NCBI GenBank assembly: GCA_039679545.1
Contig: JBDKUT010000163.1
Span: forward strand, 17,997 to 81,996
DNA: 64,000 bases
Direction of reading: 5' to 3'
Source of the DNA: Thermotogota bacterium
GTDB lineage: Bacteria; Bipolaricaulota; Bipolaricaulia; UBA7950; UBA9294
The translations under genes and the position numbers were made by a program. Below are positions 9,958 through 18,900 of this stretch, piece by piece (positions within the stretch are counted from its first letter, which is position 1; each line of letters opens with the position of its first letter). A model generated the notes under the pieces. That model was not told where the DNA came from. It did not search any database and saw nothing but the letters and a program-made list of their open reading frames with translations.

Positions 9958-11895
9958 CTACGGCCCGAGGCCGATCCGTCGGAGAAGATCGCCGTACCGG
10001 GGATCGGAGCGGCACGAAGCGAGTTTCGGATCCGAGCTCATTTCCGTGAGTTCGTGGTCGTGCGCCGCGTAGGCGCGTTCAAGGAGAGCGAACCCTGCGT
10101 CGTTCCGACCGAGCGCGAAGTAGAAGAGGGCAAGGGCGTAGGGGGCCACGGGGTGGCGCTCGGTGTCCTCGAGAACCTGGCCGAGGCACTTCTCGACCGT
10201 GCCCTTCTCACCCGCAGCTTCGCGGAGTTGCGCCAGAGCGAGGGTGACGTGCGGCTCCGGGAAGCCCGCAAGTTCCTTCGCTTTCTCGAGGTCGGCTCGA
10301 GCAAGATCATGCCGGCCTTGGCTGAGATAGCATTCCCCCCGATACAGACGCAGGATCAGGTTGTCCGCCCCGAGGTTGAGAGCCATGTCGAATTCGGCAA
10401 TGGCCAACCCGAGAGTCCCGGCGCAGTAGTAAACCTGCCCCAACGCGCCGCGCTGCACGGCAGAGAGGGGGTCGAGAGCTTGAGCAGTCTGGAGCGCAGC
10501 GATCGCCTCGTCGAACCGGCACAGCGTGAGAAGGAGCATTCCGAGCCAGTGGTGCGCGCCAGCGTAGCTCGGTGACGACTCGATCGCCGTCCGAAGCTCG
10601 CGTTCGGCGCCGACCCAATCCCATTCCTCCATCAGGCACACAGCGAGGGCGGCGTGCGCCTCCGGCAGGCCTCCGTCAAGAGCGAGGGCCGCGAGCGCGC
10701 TCCGTTTCGCCTTGGCCTGGACATCTTCCGGAACTCGTGCCGTGTAGTTGGGCAGAATCGCGCGAGCCGCACCCAACGCCGCATGCGCCTCGGCGTACGC
10801 CGGGTTGAGCTCGACGGCGCGTTCGAAGCATCCGATGGCGGCTTCGATGTCCGCCGCGGTTCTCTTGGCGAGAAGGGCGCGCCCCTTCAAGTACGCCGCG
10901 TACGCCTCCGGATCAGCGTGCTCGGGCGGTTTCGCACCCCGAGCAGGCTTCGGCGCGAGCTGCACCTCCAGCGCTGACGCCACGCTCCGCGCGACCTCCG
11001 TCTGCACCGCAAACACATCGTCCAGCGTGCGGTCGTACGCCTCCGACCACAGGTGTCCCTCGCCGACCACGTCGATCAGTTGCAGCGTGATCCGCAGGCG
11101 ATTCCCCGCCTTGCGCACACTCCCTTCGAGAACTGCTCCCACCCCGAGTTCATTCCCGATCTCCGCCACCGCCTTCTTCGCCCCGCGGTACTTCATCGCC
11201 GATGTCAGCGCGATCACTTGCAGACCGCTCACCTTCGACAGCGTGAAGATCAACTCCTCCGTCAGCCCGTCGGCGAAATACTCGTCCCCCGCATCGGGGC
11301 TCATGCTCACGAGCGGCAGCACCGCCAGCCGAGACCGATCCGCCGTCCGCCCCACCGGCGCCTCGGTCTGCATCCACGGAAGAAGCATCCCGTAGACCTC
11401 GATCGGCACCTTCACGTTCTTCAGGTCCTTCTTGCCCAGGCTCGCCATCCGCACGTCGATCTTGTTCCACACCTGGTCGTAGACCTGGCGCGATAGGCAG
11501 ATTCCTCCCGGCTCGGCCAGCGGCTCGATCCGCGCCGTGATGTTCACCCCGTCGCCGAAGATGTCCCCGGCTCGGTGCACGACGTCTCCCAGGTGAACGC
11601 CAATCCGCACCTGGATCGCTCGATCGAGCGAGACCGCCGCGTTTCGCTCGTAGAGCGCCCGCTGGATTTCGACGGCGCATCGGACGGCCTGGAGCGCGCT
11701 CGGGAACTCGACGAGAAACCCGTCCCCCGTTCCCTTGACTTCGCGGCCGCTGTGTTCGGCGAACAGCGGCCGAAGGAGCGCCGCGTGCTCCGCGAGCAGG
11801 GCCAGCGTCAGAGCCTCATCCGTTTGCGTCAGTGCCGTGTAGCCGACGACGTCCGTCAGCATGATCGCGGCGAGTTGCCGGATGTCATTCTCCAT
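9958..11895 (-). CDS. Class III adenylate/guanylate cyclase fused to TolB-N-like region and TPR repeats
   Basis: CHD catalytic motifs (MLTDVVGYTAL, GTGDGFLVEF, RIGVHLGDVV, GDGVNITARI) followed by TPR-like helical repeats; ATG 11895 after GAGGG. Confidence 0.85.
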   Translation of the reverse strand: MENDIRQLAAIMLTDVVGYTALTQTDEALTLALLAEHAALLRPLFAEHSGREVKGTGDGFLVEFPSALQAVRCAVEIQRALYERNAAVSLDRAIQVRIGVHLGDVVHRAGDIFGDGVNITARIEPLAEPGGICLSRQVYDQVWNKIDVRMASLGKKDLKNVKVPIEVYGMLLPWMQTEAPVGRTADRSRLAVLPLVSMSPDAGDEYFADGLTEELIFTLSKVSGLQVIALTSAMKYRGAKKAVAEIGNELGVGAVLEGSVRKAGNRLRITLQLIDVVGEGHLWSEAYDRTLDDVFAVQTEVARSVASALEVQLAPKPARGAKPPEHADPEAYAAYLKGRALLAKRTAADIEAAIGCFERAVELNPAYAEAHAALGAARAILPNYTARVPEDVQAKAKRSALAALALDGGLPEAHAALAVCLMEEWDWVGAERELRTAIESSPSYAGAHHWLGMLLLTLCRFDEAIAALQTAQALDPLSAVQRGALGQVYYCAGTLGLAIAEFDMALNLGADNLILRLYRGECYLSQGRHDLARADLEKAKELAGFPEPHVTLALAQLREAAGEKGTVEKCLGQVLEDTERHPVAPYALALFYFALGRNDAGFALLERAYAAHDHELTEMSSDPKLASCRSDPRYGDLLRRIGLGP

Positions 11896-12177
11896 GGTGT
11901 CTTCGACCCTCACTGTCGATGGAGCAGTATGGAATGAGCCTCTGCGCGCGGCAAGTGACGTTGTCCCTTCGACCTCGCAAGCCGACCCAGGACGAGAGCA
12001 CGGCAAAGCGTTCCCGGGCTCGACGCAGGGCGTCCGCATCGACGCGTCCAAGAGGGGTCTCGGTCCGGCAGGTTCGCTCGGAGATCCGCAGCTATGCGGA
12101 GGCGAACCCCTCACGCGGTTTGAACGTCCACGTTCGCCGTAGCGTGTCGGCACCGATCCGATCAAGGTCGGCCGGGG

Positions 12178-13458
12178 TCACCGCGACCCCGAGGGGGCGA
12201 GCGCTTGCGCAACGGCGTCCGGCGCGTAGAGCCCGCGGGAGAAGAAACCGCCCACGAGGTTCGACAAAGCCTGTCTCCATCGCTCCTCCGCGAGGAGGAC
12301 GTCAACCGTTTCGTCGTCCGTTCGTGGCACCCCGCCCCCTGAAGCCTTCGGGGTGAGGCGGTCGCCAGCGCTATCGAGGTGGCTGTGACGAGAACCGGTG
12401 AGGAATCCGAGGGGGCAGGCCGGCCCGGTGTGATACCCGGGCAATCTCGTTTCCATTGAGTGCAAGCGCGAACTCTCTCCCGCCGTAGACGGAGGACGCG
12501 TGCTCGACACCCCGAGTGAGCGGTAGAGGTCCGTGGGCCGACGGACGATTCGGCGGACCGCGGAGGCATACGCCTCCGACTCGCCCCACGCCAAGGGGAC
12601 GCCGCCGAGATCATCCTTGGTGACGAGCCCCTTCTCGTACACCTCGGTGGACCAGGCGAGAATGCCCCCTCACTCAGCGCGTCGAGTCCCTGGTTTTCAA
12701 CCTCGTCGGCAAGGCGCAGGATCCCCTCGGGATCGGCGACGCCGAGCAGACGCCCGAGGGCATAGATCAACTCACAATCGTAGCCTAGCGTGGATGTCTT
12801 GTAGAAAGTACGGCTCTTGGGGATGAGACTCCGGAGCGCGGCGAAGTAGATGCAGGCCACCGGGCAGTTGGCTGCAGGCGAGTCGGCGCCCAAGGAAGCG
12901 TCTGCCATCGCCTCACCGGAGATCGCTTCGGCCCCCTCGAACTGCGCCGCTTTGAGATTCCGCGCGGGAGCGCCCCGGACTCGTTCAAGGGAAAGACGTT
13001 CATCGGGGTCCCGAGGTTGTGGTACTTCTTCATGGCGGGCGACGTCGCCGCGGCGCGGAAGAGGGCGTCGTACTCGCGCCGGCACGCCGCCGGATCGGCT
13101 ACCGAGAGCGTCCGATTCCCGGCAATCACGATCCCTTTACGCCGCTTGCTCCCGAAGACGGCGCCGAACGGGCCAGCATCGCGGCAGTTCCCGCATCCGA
13201 TGCACAGTTCGGGGTGAAGCCGAACCCCGCTGCCTTCGCGGGGCGTCAGAGCATCCGTGGGGCAAACCGCGCGCAGGGAGGCTCGGCGCAGGCACGGCAA
13301 ACCACAACGGCGAACCCCTTTCGCGTCCTGCCCGCTGATCGGACACCGATCCGCGACCCGGCCGTCCCTCCAACGCTCGCCCGCCGCGCACAAGCGAACA
13401 GGCACAACTGGCAACCGACACAGCGGTCGACATCGATAACGTACAAGCGCCTGGCCAT
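12178..13458 (-). pseudogene. Decayed 4Fe-4S dicluster ferredoxin + aldehyde:ferredoxin oxidoreductase (AOR family) remnants, frameshifted and internally deleted
   Basis: Minus-strand ORF fragments in three frames: ferredoxin CVGCQLCLFAC / CPTDAL...CIGCGNC; AOR-like segments (ENQGLDALS, YEKGLVTKDDLGGVPLAWGE, LPGYHTGPACPLGF); total length far short of a ~600-aa AOR. Confidence 0.6.
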
Positions 13459-13480
13459 GGCCTCCTTACCTCGAGCCACT

Positions 13481-15022
13481 CTAGAACGGCGGCGTGGAGG
13501 AAGCAACCGACCGCAGCCGAAGCATGTGCTGTGCCAGGCGATAGCTCACGCCCTTCGGGGTGACCGGGGCGATCTCCCACTCGAGCGTGACGAGCGCCTC
13601 GAGGAAGCGCCGGTCGTGGCTCACAAGGAGGAGCGCGCACTCCGTCTCACGCAGCGCCGATTCGAGGCACTCCACCGACGGCAGATCCATGTGATTGGTC
13701 GGCTCGTCCAGGATGATGAGGTGTGGTTCATCAACCATCCGGACAGCGAGCAAGAGCTTCCGCACCTCGCCGGGACTCGGAGCTCGGCTCTCCAGAACCC
13801 TCCGAGGGTCGGATCCGAGGCGGCTCACCCACTGCATCGCGACGCCGAGGTTTTTCCGGGGAAGGCGCCGTACGTCCTCGAGCAGGCCGGACGAGCTCTC
13901 AAGAGGAAGTTCCTGAGGGACGTAGAGCACTCGCTCGGGCGGAAGCGTCAGTCCCACGACAATGTGGCGGACAAGCGTGCTCTTTCCACTCCCGTTGGGT
14001 CCCGTGAGGGCTATCCGATCCCGGGGCTGAATATTGAGGTCGGGAAACTCCAAACGGCGAGGCGACCCCAGTTCGAGGCTTCCCGCGGCGACTCGCACGA
14101 CCGCGTTGCGGTCCGATGGACGGCTGCGGAGGCCGATCCCGAGATCGCGCACCGGGGTTGGCGAGAGGGCCAACTCGCGTTCCGCCGTCTGGCGGAGCCG
14201 ACCCTTCAGCTGGCGGAAGCCCTGTCCGGAACCGCGGTCGTGATCGCGTGCGGCCCTCGCCTTCTCCCGCGCGTCGTGATCTCGGGGCGCGACGCCACGC
14301 AAAGACTTCTCCTGCTCCGCCTTCCACGCGCGGGTTCGACGCGCCTTGACTTCGCGTTCGAGCCTCGCGCACTCCTTTCGGAGCTTCCTGCGAGCCTCGC
14401 GCGCTGCGCTCTCTTCGTCCCGGATGGCACGCATCGCCGCGGTGTACCCGCCGGCGCGAAGCTCGACACCTGGAGGAGACACGAAGAGCGAGTGAGCGCA
14501 GAGGCCGTCCAACAGGTCGCGGTCATGGCTGACCAGAAGTCCGATGCCGCGATACGTCCGCAGCGCCTGCAGAACTCTCTCCCGACCGGCCGCGTCAAGG
14601 TGGTTCGTCGGCTCGTCGGCGGCGAGCAAGTCCGGCTTGAGCCACAGGCTCGTCGCGATCTGCATGCGCTTGCGCTCGCCGTCGGAGAGGGTGTCCCAGC
14701 GGCGGAGCCAATCGTCGTCGATCCCGAGAATGCCGCGCAGTCGAAAGGCCTCCGCGTCGTTCGAAGCGAGGAAGCTCGCCGATTCCGGCATGGGCGCGTC
14801 GGTTCGCTGGGGACAGTACACGCGCGCCGCGGGCGCATCGATCCTCCCGCGGCGGGGAACGAGTTCTCCGCACGCAAGCCGCAGCAGGGTCGTCTTGCCG
14901 CACCCGTTCACACCGATGAAACCTGTCCATCCGGAGCCGACCCCGACCTCGATCCCCGAGAAGAGCGCGTCCGGCGAACCAACGTACGCGAAGGAAACGC
15001 TGTGGAAGATGAGCGACGACAC
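13481..15022 (-). CDS. ABC-F family ATPase (second paralog)
   Basis: Two NBDs (GVNGCGKTTLL / LSDGERKRM; GPNGSGKSTL / LSPGEVRKL, DEPTNHMD); GTG 15022 after AAGGAGG (short spacer). Confidence 0.85.
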   Translation of the reverse strand: MSSLIFHSVSFAYVGSPDALFSGIEVGVGSGWTGFIGVNGCGKTTLLRLACGELVPRRGRIDAPAARVYCPQRTDAPMPESASFLASNDAEAFRLRGILGIDDDWLRRWDTLSDGERKRMQIATSLWLKPDLLAADEPTNHLDAAGRERVLQALRTYRGIGLLVSHDRDLLDGLCAHSLFVSPPGVELRAGGYTAAMRAIRDEESAAREARRKLRKECARLEREVKARRTRAWKAEQEKSLRGVAPRDHDAREKARAARDHDRGSGQGFRQLKGRLRQTAERELALSPTPVRDLGIGLRSRPSDRNAVVRVAAGSLELGSPRRLEFPDLNIQPRDRIALTGPNGSGKSTLVRHIVVGLTLPPERVLYVPQELPLESSSGLLEDVRRLPRKNLGVAMQWVSRLGSDPRRVLESRAPSPGEVRKLLLAVRMVDEPHLIILDEPTNHMDLPSVECLESALRETECALLLVSHDRRFLEALVTLEWEIAPVTPKGVSYRLAQHMLRLRSVASSTPPF

Positions 15023-15246
15023 GTGCCCTCCTTCGTCTCTAGAGAGACGCACGCGGGCACGCCGTCGAACAAGAGGGAAAAGAGAGACAGGAAAGCAGCC
15101 CACGCGCGTCCATTGCGCGGCTGTACGTCAGCCGCGGATGTTCGCCGCGATCGAGCTACTCCGTCATCGGAATGCCTCCCTGAATCACTGCACTCCAGTA
15201 TAGCGGCCGCATCGGCCGTCGCTCAACGTCCAGGCGAATTCTCGAG

Positions 15247-16230
15247 CTACAGCTTCATTCCCATCGACTTGTTCGACGTGCGGGGGACAAAGCCGAGTGT
15301 CTCGGCTTCGCGAGCGACGGATGGCATCCACGCAGGTACGAAGATCTCAACCCGCAGCGTCGGGCTCTTCGCGAGAACCTCGGAGAGCGCCTTGCGCACA
15401 AGGTACGGAGCGAGGTCCGCGTGCGCTGGGTCGAGACGGGCTCGGATAGAGTTCGTCCCCTTTCCCTTCTTCGACACCGACCACCCGGCGCGAGCGACGA
15501 TGACGTGATCGTGGGTGCGCCGAACGATGACATCGCGATCCCGCGCGGTCTCGAAAAGCGGAGCCACGACGCGAATGGGCCAGGGTGTTCGGTAGCGGCC
15601 GGGGGTGATGGGCTCGAACTCCTGGAGGCCGGCAGGTACGACGCGCTTGTCCATCTCGTAGCGCGTACGCCAGTCGAACTCCGCGAGGGCCTCCTCGACG
15701 TAGCCCGCGGGCAACGGTGGCCGGTCGACGCCTCCGGCCGGCGTGAGCGAGTACCGGGTCGACCCGCCGTACTCGACAAACCCAAGCGAGCGGTAGAGGG
15801 ACTGTGCAGGTGTGTTCCCGTCGATCACGCCGAGTCGGACCCGGGAGCCGCCTCTTGCCCGCATCATGTCGAGCGTCGCGACGAGCAGCTGCCGCGCCAC
15901 GCCGCGCCCGCGCCACGCCGGGAGGACCCCGACAGTTCCGATGTACCACATGGACGTCGTTCCCTCGCGCTGCGCGATCGTCAGTCCGCAGATCGCTCCG
16001 CCGCCCTCCCACACGAAGCCCCGGATCAGGTCGCGCATCCCGGGAGAGACGAGCGCAAGCGCTCGGACGACCGGCCAGATACGGCGGATCCGCTGTATCC
16101 CATCGACAAGCTGTTCCTGTTCGTCCGACCGGACACCCCATTCCGGGTGCTCCGGGTACTGGAACGTCTTGACAAGCATGTCGGCGGCGGGGATCAAGTC
16201 CCGCGGCAGACGCAACGGACGTACGGTCAT
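15247..16230 (-). CDS. GNAT family N-acetyltransferase (two-lobed, ~327 aa)
   Basis: ATG 16230 after AAGGAGA; acetyl-CoA binding-like motif LPAWRGRGVARQLL; the 5' 630 bp of the listed ORF is antisense shadow of bfr. Confidence 0.7.
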   Translation of the reverse strand: MTVRPLRLPRDLIPAADMLVKTFQYPEHPEWGVRSDEQEQLVDGIQRIRRIWPVVRALALVSPGMRDLIRGFVWEGGGAICGLTIAQREGTTSMWYIGTVGVLPAWRGRGVARQLLVATLDMMRARGGSRVRLGVIDGNTPAQSLYRSLGFVEYGGSTRYSLTPAGGVDRPPLPAGYVEEALAEFDWRTRYEMDKRVVPAGLQEFEPITPGRYRTPWPIRVVAPLFETARDRDVIVRRTHDHVIVARAGWSVSKKGKGTNSIRARLDPAHADLAPYLVRKALSEVLAKSPTLRVEIFVPAWMPSVAREAETLGFVPRTSNKSMGMKL

Positions 16231-16470
16231 GATGTCTCCTTCGTGGCGAGGCCCTTCGCCATCTGACGTGGCCGCGACGCCGCACCTGCGGCGCGGGCGG
16301 GCCATCGTACGTCGTCGAAAAGCGACGTAGCGGTTCAGCGGTCGGCGGCCTTCGCGGCGAGCGCTGTGCCCCGTCTCGCAGGGTCTCTCGAGGGGAAGTC
16401 TCCGATTCGTCACGGATCCACGATCCTCGCTATAGTCGCGGGGGAACAACCCGAAGGAAAGGAGCCGCGG

Positions 16471-16938
16471 ATGAAGGGAAATGCCAAGGTCATTGCCAAA
16501 CTGAACGCTCGACTGGCCGAGGAATTGGCGGCCGTGAACCAGTACATCCTGCATTCGGAGATGTGCGCGAATTGGGGGTACGGGAAGCTCCACGAGGTGA
16601 TCGAGAAGCGGGCGATCGACGAGATGAAGCACGCCGAGATGCTCATCGCGCGCATCTTGTTCCTCGAGGGGAAGCCGACGGTGAGCAAGCTCGCCGACAT
16701 CCACGTCGGTGACAAGGTCGAGACGCAGTTCAAGAACGATCTCGCCGCCGAGCACGGCGCCGTCAAGGCGTACAACGACGACATCCGCTCCGCCGACGAG
16801 CTGGAAGACGGCGGAACGCGCGATCTCCTCGAGAAAATCCTGAACGACGAGGAGGACCACGTCGATTGGATTGAGGCCCAGATCGACCAGATCGCGCAGA
16901 TGGGGATTTCGAACTACCTCGCGGAACAGCGCGGCTGA
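16471..16938 (+). CDS. bfr: Bacterioferritin
   Basis: 155 aa; ferroxidase-centre residues and heme Met region (NAKVIAKLNARLAEELAAVNQYILHSEM...EMKHAEMLI); GAAAGGAG RBS. Confidence 0.9.
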   Translation: MKGNAKVIAKLNARLAEELAAVNQYILHSEMCANWGYGKLHEVIEKRAIDEMKHAEMLIARILFLEGKPTVSKLADIHVGDKVETQFKNDLAAEHGAVKAYNDDIRSADELEDGGTRDLLEKILNDEEDHVDWIEAQIDQIAQMGISNYLAEQRG

Positions 16939-16960
16939 CGCCGTACCGCTTGGCCGCGGC

Positions 16961-17524
16961 CTACCCCGCGGAGGCTCGCCTCATCCACTCGGCTCGTGAG
17001 ATCTCGTAGACGTAGTGCGGAACGGGCGTCGTGAAGTCCCGCATCAACGCGGGAAACCCAGCGACGCCCTCTCCGACGCGCTTCATCGCCGCCGACTCCT
17101 GCATCCGGATGGAGGCGATGTTCGCCACGTTCGGCGTACCTCGGACAATGACGCACGTTGTGCGCAAGAACGCCTGATCAACAAGCGCCGCCCACAACTC
17201 GCGGCCGTAGCCGCGGCCCCAGAAGGACGGATGAAGCTTGATGTCCGGCTCGCTGACGCCTGACGGACTCGGCTCCCCAAGCATGCACTGGCCAACCGGT
17301 TCTCCGTTGACGCACAGCTCCGCGATGAGGAGCACGTCATCTCCACGGCCGCGCTCGATGCGGCGCGGGACGTCTGTGGCCGCCGTCGGGATTCCGTGTG
17401 GGAAGCCTACGAACCGCATCACTCGAGGATCGCTCCAGAGCGACGCGATGAACGCGGCATCCTCAGGCACGGCGTCCCGGACAACGAGCCGCCGGGTCTC
17501 GAGCCGGACGCGCGTCTTCCTCAC
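16961..17524 (-). CDS. GNAT family N-acetyltransferase (RimJ/RimL-like)
   Basis: LETRRLVVRD start region typical of RimJ-like GNATs; GTG 17524 overlapping TGA of upstream gene (GTGA). Confidence 0.75.
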   Translation of the reverse strand: MRKTRVRLETRRLVVRDAVPEDAAFIASLWSDPRVMRFVGFPHGIPTAATDVPRRIERGRGDDVLLIAELCVNGEPVGQCMLGEPSPSGVSEPDIKLHPSFWGRGYGRELWAALVDQAFLRTTCVIVRGTPNVANIASIRMQESAAMKRVGEGVAGFPALMRDFTTPVPHYVYEISRAEWMRRASAG

Positions 17525-18351
17525 GTCTGGCACCGCGGGCAGACGTAACAGGACCCGCCGAGGTACTGCGTCTTCGCGATCGGAGTGCCGCAGGTCGGAC
17601 ACGGCCGCCCGGCCGCGCGGCCGTCGAGGAGGGGCACGTAGCGCCCGGGTTCGTCGAAGAGATCCCGTTCGGTGTCACGCCCGCCGAGGTTCGCCGCCTC
17701 TTGGAGCGTCTGGCGAAGCGCGCGGTACAACGCCGCCCTCTCCTCCGGCGAGAGGCTCGACACCTTGCGCTTGGGGCTCAAGCGCGCGCGGAACAGGACG
17801 TCCTGCAGGTACCCATTCCCGATTCCCGCGACGTTCGGCGAGTGCGTCAAGAAGGCCTTGATCGGTTTGTCCTGGCCCGCCGCGTGGCGATCTAGCCGCT
17901 CGAAGAACGCAGCCTCCGTGAACCCGGCGTCGAGCGGCGTAAACGCGAGGGTCCCCGCGTAGGGATGCCGGACGATCTCATCCTGTGTGAGCACGCCGAG
18001 GAAACCCCACATTTGGATCGCGAGCGAGAAGTGCGACCCGTCGTCGAACTCCGCGATCCAGTGTCGCTTGGCGGGAATCGGCGTCCCCGCGGGGTGGAAG
18101 AGAAGGCGCCCGCCGAACTCGCCGAACAGGAGCGTCCGCCCGTCATCCAGGCTACAGAAGATCCACCGCCCGCGGGAAGTTGCCTCCTCGATACGGCGGC
18201 CCGCCAGGGCGCGTTCGAAGGCGGGCGTGTCGGGCGAAAGGAAGAGGAACTTGGGACGTCCGGCTGGCACTTCCACACGCACGATCGTCCTCCCGACAAC
18301 CGTCCCCTCAAGTTGCCGCGCCAGATGGATGACCTCCGGGAGCTCGAACAT
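17521..18351 (-). CDS. Fpg/Nei family DNA glycosylase (formamidopyrimidine-DNA glycosylase-like) with Pro2 replaced by Phe
   Basis: N-terminal MFELPEV, H2TH region, C-terminal zinc finger CPTCG...CYVCPRC; GGAGG RBS 5 nt before ATG 18351. Confidence 0.85.
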   Translation of the reverse strand: MFELPEVIHLARQLEGTVVGRTIVRVEVPAGRPKFLFLSPDTPAFERALAGRRIEEATSRGRWIFCSLDDGRTLLFGEFGGRLLFHPAGTPIPAKRHWIAEFDDGSHFSLAIQMWGFLGVLTQDEIVRHPYAGTLAFTPLDAGFTEAAFFERLDRHAAGQDKPIKAFLTHSPNVAGIGNGYLQDVLFRARLSPKRKVSSLSPEERAALYRALRQTLQEAANLGGRDTERDLFDEPGRYVPLLDGRAAGRPCPTCGTPIAKTQYLGGSCYVCPRCQT

Positions 18352-18360
18352 GCCAACCTC

Positions 18361-18807
18361 CTACTCGATGCGCTGCAGGCCCAAGTATCGTGTCTTGGGA
18401 AACCCGCGCTGCAGGTCGTCCCAAAGGAGTCCCTTCAGGATCGCCGGATGAACGACCCAATCAGCCATTTCGCCGCGGGACGCGAAGCACGCTTCGACGA
18501 CAAAGCCTTCGTCGGGGTCTCGGTGCTCGACGGTCGGCGACCCCTCGGCCGCCCGCGCGAGAATCCAGAACTTGCAGAAGTGGAGGTCCCCCTCGAGAAA
18601 CTCCTCGATGTAGACGACGCGCTCGGGCACGACGTTGAGGCCCGTCTCTTCATACGTCTCGCGCCGGGCGCAGTCGAAGATCGACTCCTCGCCGCGAAGC
18701 CGCCCGCCGGGGGGGACCCAGAAGTCCTGTCGGCTGTCCAGGTGGTGCACGACCAGAAGAGCGCCCTCCCGGGCGACGATCGCGCCGGCACTGATCGCGT
18801 AGCGCAT
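18361..18807 (-). CDS. NUDIX hydrolase
   Basis: Nudix box GGRLRGEESIFDCARRETYEETGL; start chosen at MRYAISAG (weak RBS). Confidence 0.8.
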   Translation of the reverse strand: MRYAISAGAIVAREGALLVVHHLDSRQDFWVPPGGRLRGEESIFDCARRETYEETGLNVVPERVVYIEEFLEGDLHFCKFWILARAAEGSPTVEHRDPDEGFVVEACFASRGEMADWVVHPAILKGLLWDDLQRGFPKTRYLGLQRIE

Positions 18808-18900
18808 GGTCTTGTGAGTGTCTTCCCGAGGCCGTCCGGCTTCAATCCCTCCCCATGGCGCGCCCAACCTCGATCGGCTATGGTAGCCATCGAGGGGACG

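Noticed and set aside
13019-15508. 829-aa plus-strand ORF
   Set aside because: Antisense to the ABC-F gene 13481..15022 and the AOR remnants. Low-complexity, no RBS or motifs.
16231-16860. 5' extension of the 15247..16860 ORF
   Set aside because: Lies antisense to bacterioferritin (16471..16938). The real GNAT start is the ATG at 16230, which has an AAGGAGA RBS.
17965-18900. N-terminal 312-codon extension of the UvrD ORF
   Set aside because: Overlaps the fpg and Nudix genes on the opposite strand. Helicase homology begins at MAHDSWLDELNPAQ (18901), which has a GAGGGGA RBS.
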